NCBI GenBank assembly: GCA_938084645.1
Contig: CALKEP010000002.1
Location: 32,001-96,000, forward strand
Reading direction: 5' to 3'
Source of the DNA: an uncultured Phycisphaerales bacterium
GTDB lineage: Bacteria; Planctomycetota; Phycisphaerae; Phycisphaerales; SM1A02
Length of the DNA stretch: 64,000 nt
Below are positions 59,574 through 64,000 of the stretch, piece by piece. Every line of letters begins with the position of its first letter. Within the stretch, counting starts at the first letter, position 1. The position numbers were made by a program, and so were the translations under genes. The notes under the pieces were generated by a model that was not told where the DNA came from, made no database searches, and saw nothing but the letters and a program-made list of their open reading frames with translations.

Positions 59574-59976
59574 GACGAAATCGAGTCGTCGTCCATCGAA
59601 GCCAGCCGACCGGATATTAACGACTGCGAGGCGGACCTCGCACGAAAACTCCGCTCAAAGAACTTCTCGAGGTCGTTCGAGCCGCCGTTCACCGGCGATC
59701 TCAACGACCTTGTTCCATCCATCGACTCAGATACTTCCGAGACGATTTCGTTCCAGACTCTCGAGATATCCCTCGTTCAGAGGGACGGCCCCGCCTCTGG
59801 AAGCCCTGCGGTGTCACCGAAGACGCCCCAGTCGCTGAATCAACCCGACGCACATCCAGGCACTCGAAAGAACCGAAGCGGACGCGATTTCCCCATCCGC
59901 ATCCAACCACCGATCGGCTGCATCATTCGAGAAAAAAAGCGTTCTCGATGTTTCTCGGACCACGTACCACCACGAC

Positions 59977-60552
59977 TCATCGGTCCGCCGCCCGCTGCTC
60001 GTCCGCAAGTCGATCCCGTAGTCTCGCCAGACCTCGACTCAGGGCCGATTTGACCGTTCCGAGCGGCGATTCCAACTGTTCGGCGACCTCCCGGAGCGTG
60101 AAGCCCTGCAGGTAAGCCCGCGTGATCACCTCCTGCTGGAGGGCCGGGAGTTCCGCGACGCGAGCGAGAAGCCGCTGACGATGCTCGTCCCGCTCGATCG
60201 CGCCCTCCTGCTTCGACGGTGGCGTCGCCCGCCCCTCCGGATCACCTTCCAGACTCAGATTGGTGGGCCGTACCTGCTTGCGACGAAGCCGGTCGATGAG
60301 ATGCCGGCGGGTGATGAGCATCACCCAGGTCACGAGCTTGGCTCGAGCGGGGTCGTAGCGTTCCGCGGTCTTCCACAGGCGGACGAAGACCTCCTGCACC
60401 GCGTCTTCGGCCTCCGCCGACGTGGAAAGCACTTGCCGAGAGGACTTGAAGACCAGTCCGCCGAAACGATCATAAAGCCGGTTTGCAGCCACCTCATCGC
60501 CATCGGCGACCGCCTGCATCAGGACCCAGTCTTCATGATTCGGGGAATTCAT
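59977..60552 (-). CDS. ECF RNA polymerase sigma factor (SigK-like)
   Basis: AEDAVQEVFVRLW region 2; TLREVAEQLESPLGTVKS region 4. Confidence 0.95.
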   Translation of the reverse strand: MNSPNHEDWVLMQAVADGDEVAANRLYDRFGGLVFKSSRQVLSTSAEAEDAVQEVFVRLWKTAERYDPARAKLVTWVMLITRRHLIDRLRRKQVRPTNLSLEGDPEGRATPPSKQEGAIERDEHRQRLLARVAELPALQQEVITRAYLQGFTLREVAEQLESPLGTVKSALSRGLARLRDRLADEQRAADR

Positions 60553-60775
60553 GCGTCCAGCCCGCGGAGCGACACACAGCTCTGAAATTCGGAAAGAAGG
60601 ACCACCAACCAAGGTTATCCGAGGAACGGGGAGTTTCGGATCCCCCAAAACACTGGATTTCGCTCCAATGCCTCGTTTCGGGCGGTATCCTTTGCCTGAC
60701 GGTGCGAAGGCCATCCGGGTCAGCCGTCAACGTTCCACCGTGATCGTGATGATGATGATATCGGCAGGAGGTCGC

Positions 60776-61576
60776 TTGACTGACCGTCGCCCAGATCTGA
60801 GACCCACCTTCCTCCGGGAACGCTCCCGACGAGGCTGTGGCTCTCGTCCGGGCTTCAGCGTCATCGAGCTCGTCGTGGTACTCGCGGTGATCGTGGTTCT
60901 GACCTCACTCCTGCTCCCCGGTCTCGAAGTCGCTCGAAAGGGTGCCCGACGCCTCGCCTGTTCCGCCAATCAGAGACAGATCGGGGTGTCCTTCCTCATC
61001 TTCGGTCGCGACAACAACGATCGCCTGCCCGAGTCGCGTTTTCAAATGGCGCACCGACCGGCCAACATGATGGCCCTGAACTCGGGCGATCTCAATGACG
61101 ATGTGGGCATCGCCGACTTCGATGGGATCGGCCTGCTGTGGAAGGATCGCTACATCGATTCCCCCGCATCGTGCTTCTGCCCCGCACACCGGGGCGAACA
61201 CACGTTCGAGCGAGCGAAAGGCCTGGTCGGCGAGACCCAGGGGACCGGTTCGGAAGTCGCATTCTGCAACTACCACTACACCGGTCATCTGAAGCAATCG
61301 CGAGGCGAGGACTTGATGGGCCCGAGCCGGCGGCGGATGTCGGATCCCAACGTGATCCTGCTCACCGACGGATTGCGGAGCCGTTCGGACTTCAACCACG
61401 AGTCCGGATTCAACGTGCTTCGAGGCGATGGCTCCACCGCCTACCAGGCGGATACCGGATCCAAGTTCCTGAATTCGATTCCGACGGATGTGAACTTCGA
61501 CGGCGAGATGGCCTCCGAAGAATCCGCCGGCCTGTGGATTCTCGACATCTGGAACGAACTCAAGGTCGACGGTTGA
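60776..61576 (+). CDS. Prepilin-type N-terminal cleavage/methylation protein with H-X9-DG motif
   Basis: GFSVIELVVVLAVIVVL, CSANQRQIG, NHESGFNVLRGDG; AGGAGG before the TTG. Confidence 0.88.
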   Translation: MTDRRPDLRPTFLRERSRRGCGSRPGFSVIELVVVLAVIVVLTSLLLPGLEVARKGARRLACSANQRQIGVSFLIFGRDNNDRLPESRFQMAHRPANMMALNSGDLNDDVGIADFDGIGLLWKDRYIDSPASCFCPAHRGEHTFERAKGLVGETQGTGSEVAFCNYHYTGHLKQSRGEDLMGPSRRRMSDPNVILLTDGLRSRSDFNHESGFNVLRGDGSTAYQADTGSKFLNSIPTDVNFDGEMASEESAGLWILDIWNELKVDG

Positions 61577-61619
61577 TCAGACGCGCGACGGCGCGTGCGT
61601 TCGAACCGACAGATCCGAG

Positions 61620-62636
61620 TCACTGCCGATCCGAATATTCGAGGACGAGCCCGCGGTGGCCTCCCGATCCCGGGTCGAACACCCGGATCGTCGCCGGAAC
61701 GAAGCGGGAGGCCGCGAGGGCGAAGTCGATCCGGAGCCACGGAGACGAACGTGGCCAGGTACCTCCCCAACCACGGCCGGCGTTCCGAAACGCATCCTCG
61801 AATCCCGGCGCGAGCATCGCGACCCCGGGTGAACGAGGGGTCATGTTGAGGTCGCCGAGAACGATTTCCGGCTGGATCGGCTCGAGACGCCTCGCGACCT
61901 GCCTCGACATGTCCAGTCGATCGATGCGTTGCTCCGACGGAAGGTCGACGACGAGGATGTGCCCCGGGAACGACGAGTCCTGGGGTACGTCCAGTCGGAT
62001 CTCGACCGCCTGAGGTGGCGACTTGACCGACCCGATCTCGAGGCCCCCCAGCGATTCGACCATCCGCATCGAACGAATCCCGTATCGAGACGCGACGAGG
62101 ACCGAGCCCACCCACCGAATCTGAAGCCTGCCTTCGCGCACTTCCGCCGACTGCCGCCACGCGCTGGGGATCCTCCAACCCGGGTTCACGAGCACGGTGA
62201 CGTCGGCGTCGAGTTCGATGAGGCGGCCGAGGACACGATCGCAGTCACGAACGCCCTCCACCTGCCGCTCCCCGGGATCGTTGGCGTTCAGGAACACGAG
62301 GGCCCGGGCGCCTTCCACGGCCCGGTACGGCATCCCCAGATCACGCTGAAACGTACCGACCAACGGGCCCACGGCCGCGAGCGTCGTGAGGGCGACGCAC
62401 CGCCAACGCCTCGGATCGCGGCCAGGAACACTGACCGCGACGGCGAGCAGCAGGCAGAACCCGACCGCGGACAGCCACGCCCAGTCGGGCACGAGCCCGA
62501 TCAGCTGGAAGCGGCCACCGAGGGCGGCGACCACCGGCGTGCCCGCCCAGCCCACGGAAAGCGCGATCGCCACGAGGGCCGGCCAGATGGCCAGCGGGAG
62601 CCCGGGGGCCGGTTCTCGTCGGTTCGGTGCCTTCAC
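61620..62636 (-). CDS. Endonuclease/exonuclease/phosphatase family membrane protein
   Basis: N-terminal TM helices; VLGDLN, TWP...LRIDF, GGHR; start uncertain. Confidence 0.8.
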   Translation of the reverse strand: MKAPNRREPAPGLPLAIWPALVAIALSVGWAGTPVVAALGGRFQLIGLVPDWAWLSAVGFCLLLAVAVSVPGRDPRRWRCVALTTLAAVGPLVGTFQRDLGMPYRAVEGARALVFLNANDPGERQVEGVRDCDRVLGRLIELDADVTVLVNPGWRIPSAWRQSAEVREGRLQIRWVGSVLVASRYGIRSMRMVESLGGLEIGSVKSPPQAVEIRLDVPQDSSFPGHILVVDLPSEQRIDRLDMSRQVARRLEPIQPEIVLGDLNMTPRSPGVAMLAPGFEDAFRNAGRGWGGTWPRSSPWLRIDFALAASRFVPATIRVFDPGSGGHRGLVLEYSDRQ

Positions 62637-62703
62637 CGGTGCCAAATCGGCAGAACCCCCCTCCCGACACCCCCAGAAATCGATGAGAACCACAGGTTGA
62701 TTC

Positions 62704-62718
62704 TGGCATCGCCCTTGC
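62704..62718 (+). promoter_or_regulatory. Sigma54-type -24/-12 promoter upstream of dnaK
   Basis: TGGCATCGCCCTTGC gives GG-N10-GC with consensus flanks. Confidence 0.65.
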
Positions 62719-62890
62719 GACTCCTCTCCCGTACCCGCAAAAGGGTGTCAGAGGCCCCTGAGTCGACGAAAGCGACCCCGTTCGATCCCACGCGGATCGG
62801 ACCTCTCAGGGCGGACACCGCGGAACAGCGTCGCGGCGACGCGGCGCCCATCCCATCGAGACAAGCACCTGATCGGAAAGGTCAACAACC

Positions 62891-64000
<1,110 letters not shown>

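Noticed and set aside
59500..61600. Lower-GC stretch as a horizontally acquired island
   Set aside because: No integrase, transposase, tRNA or flanking repeats; the genes are typical lineage families
62640..62890. CIRCE element upstream of dnaK
   Set aside because: No TTAGCACTC-N9-GAGTGCTAA seen

Overview
High-GC (roughly 68% by eye) bacterial chromosome segment. Gene content (H-X9-DG prepilin-like protein, secretin-N-like proteins with poly-Gly, Zn-ribbon membrane proteins, DUF502-hpf-EIIA-HPr order) suggests Planctomycetota, probably Phycisphaerales; this is inference. The window is mostly housekeeping: uvrB, uvrA, purN, hpf/PTS, gpsA, a P1B ATPase, fbaB, mnmA, rpsA, argE, trmB, rsfS, hppA, rpsU, pdxH, dnaE, an ABC-F ATPase, an ECF sigma/anti-sigma pair and the 5' part of dnaK. 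I saw no mobile element, CRISPR array, rRNA or tRNA. Signals not explained by the ORF track: (1) at least nine genes have a TANNNT -10 box 6-7 nt before the start codon, i.e. probable leaderless mRNAs; (2) a 6S RNA candidate; (3) two unannotated small antisense ORFs, each with an SD-like site and a terminator; (4) a decayed panD; (5) a sigma54-type promoter plus a palindrome upstream of dnaK; (6) a nitrilase-VOC fusion; (7) a P1B ATPase with a non-canonical metal site; (8) an AMMECR1-like / secretin-N x2 / GT-C cluster of unknown function. All family assignments come from motif recognition, not database searches.
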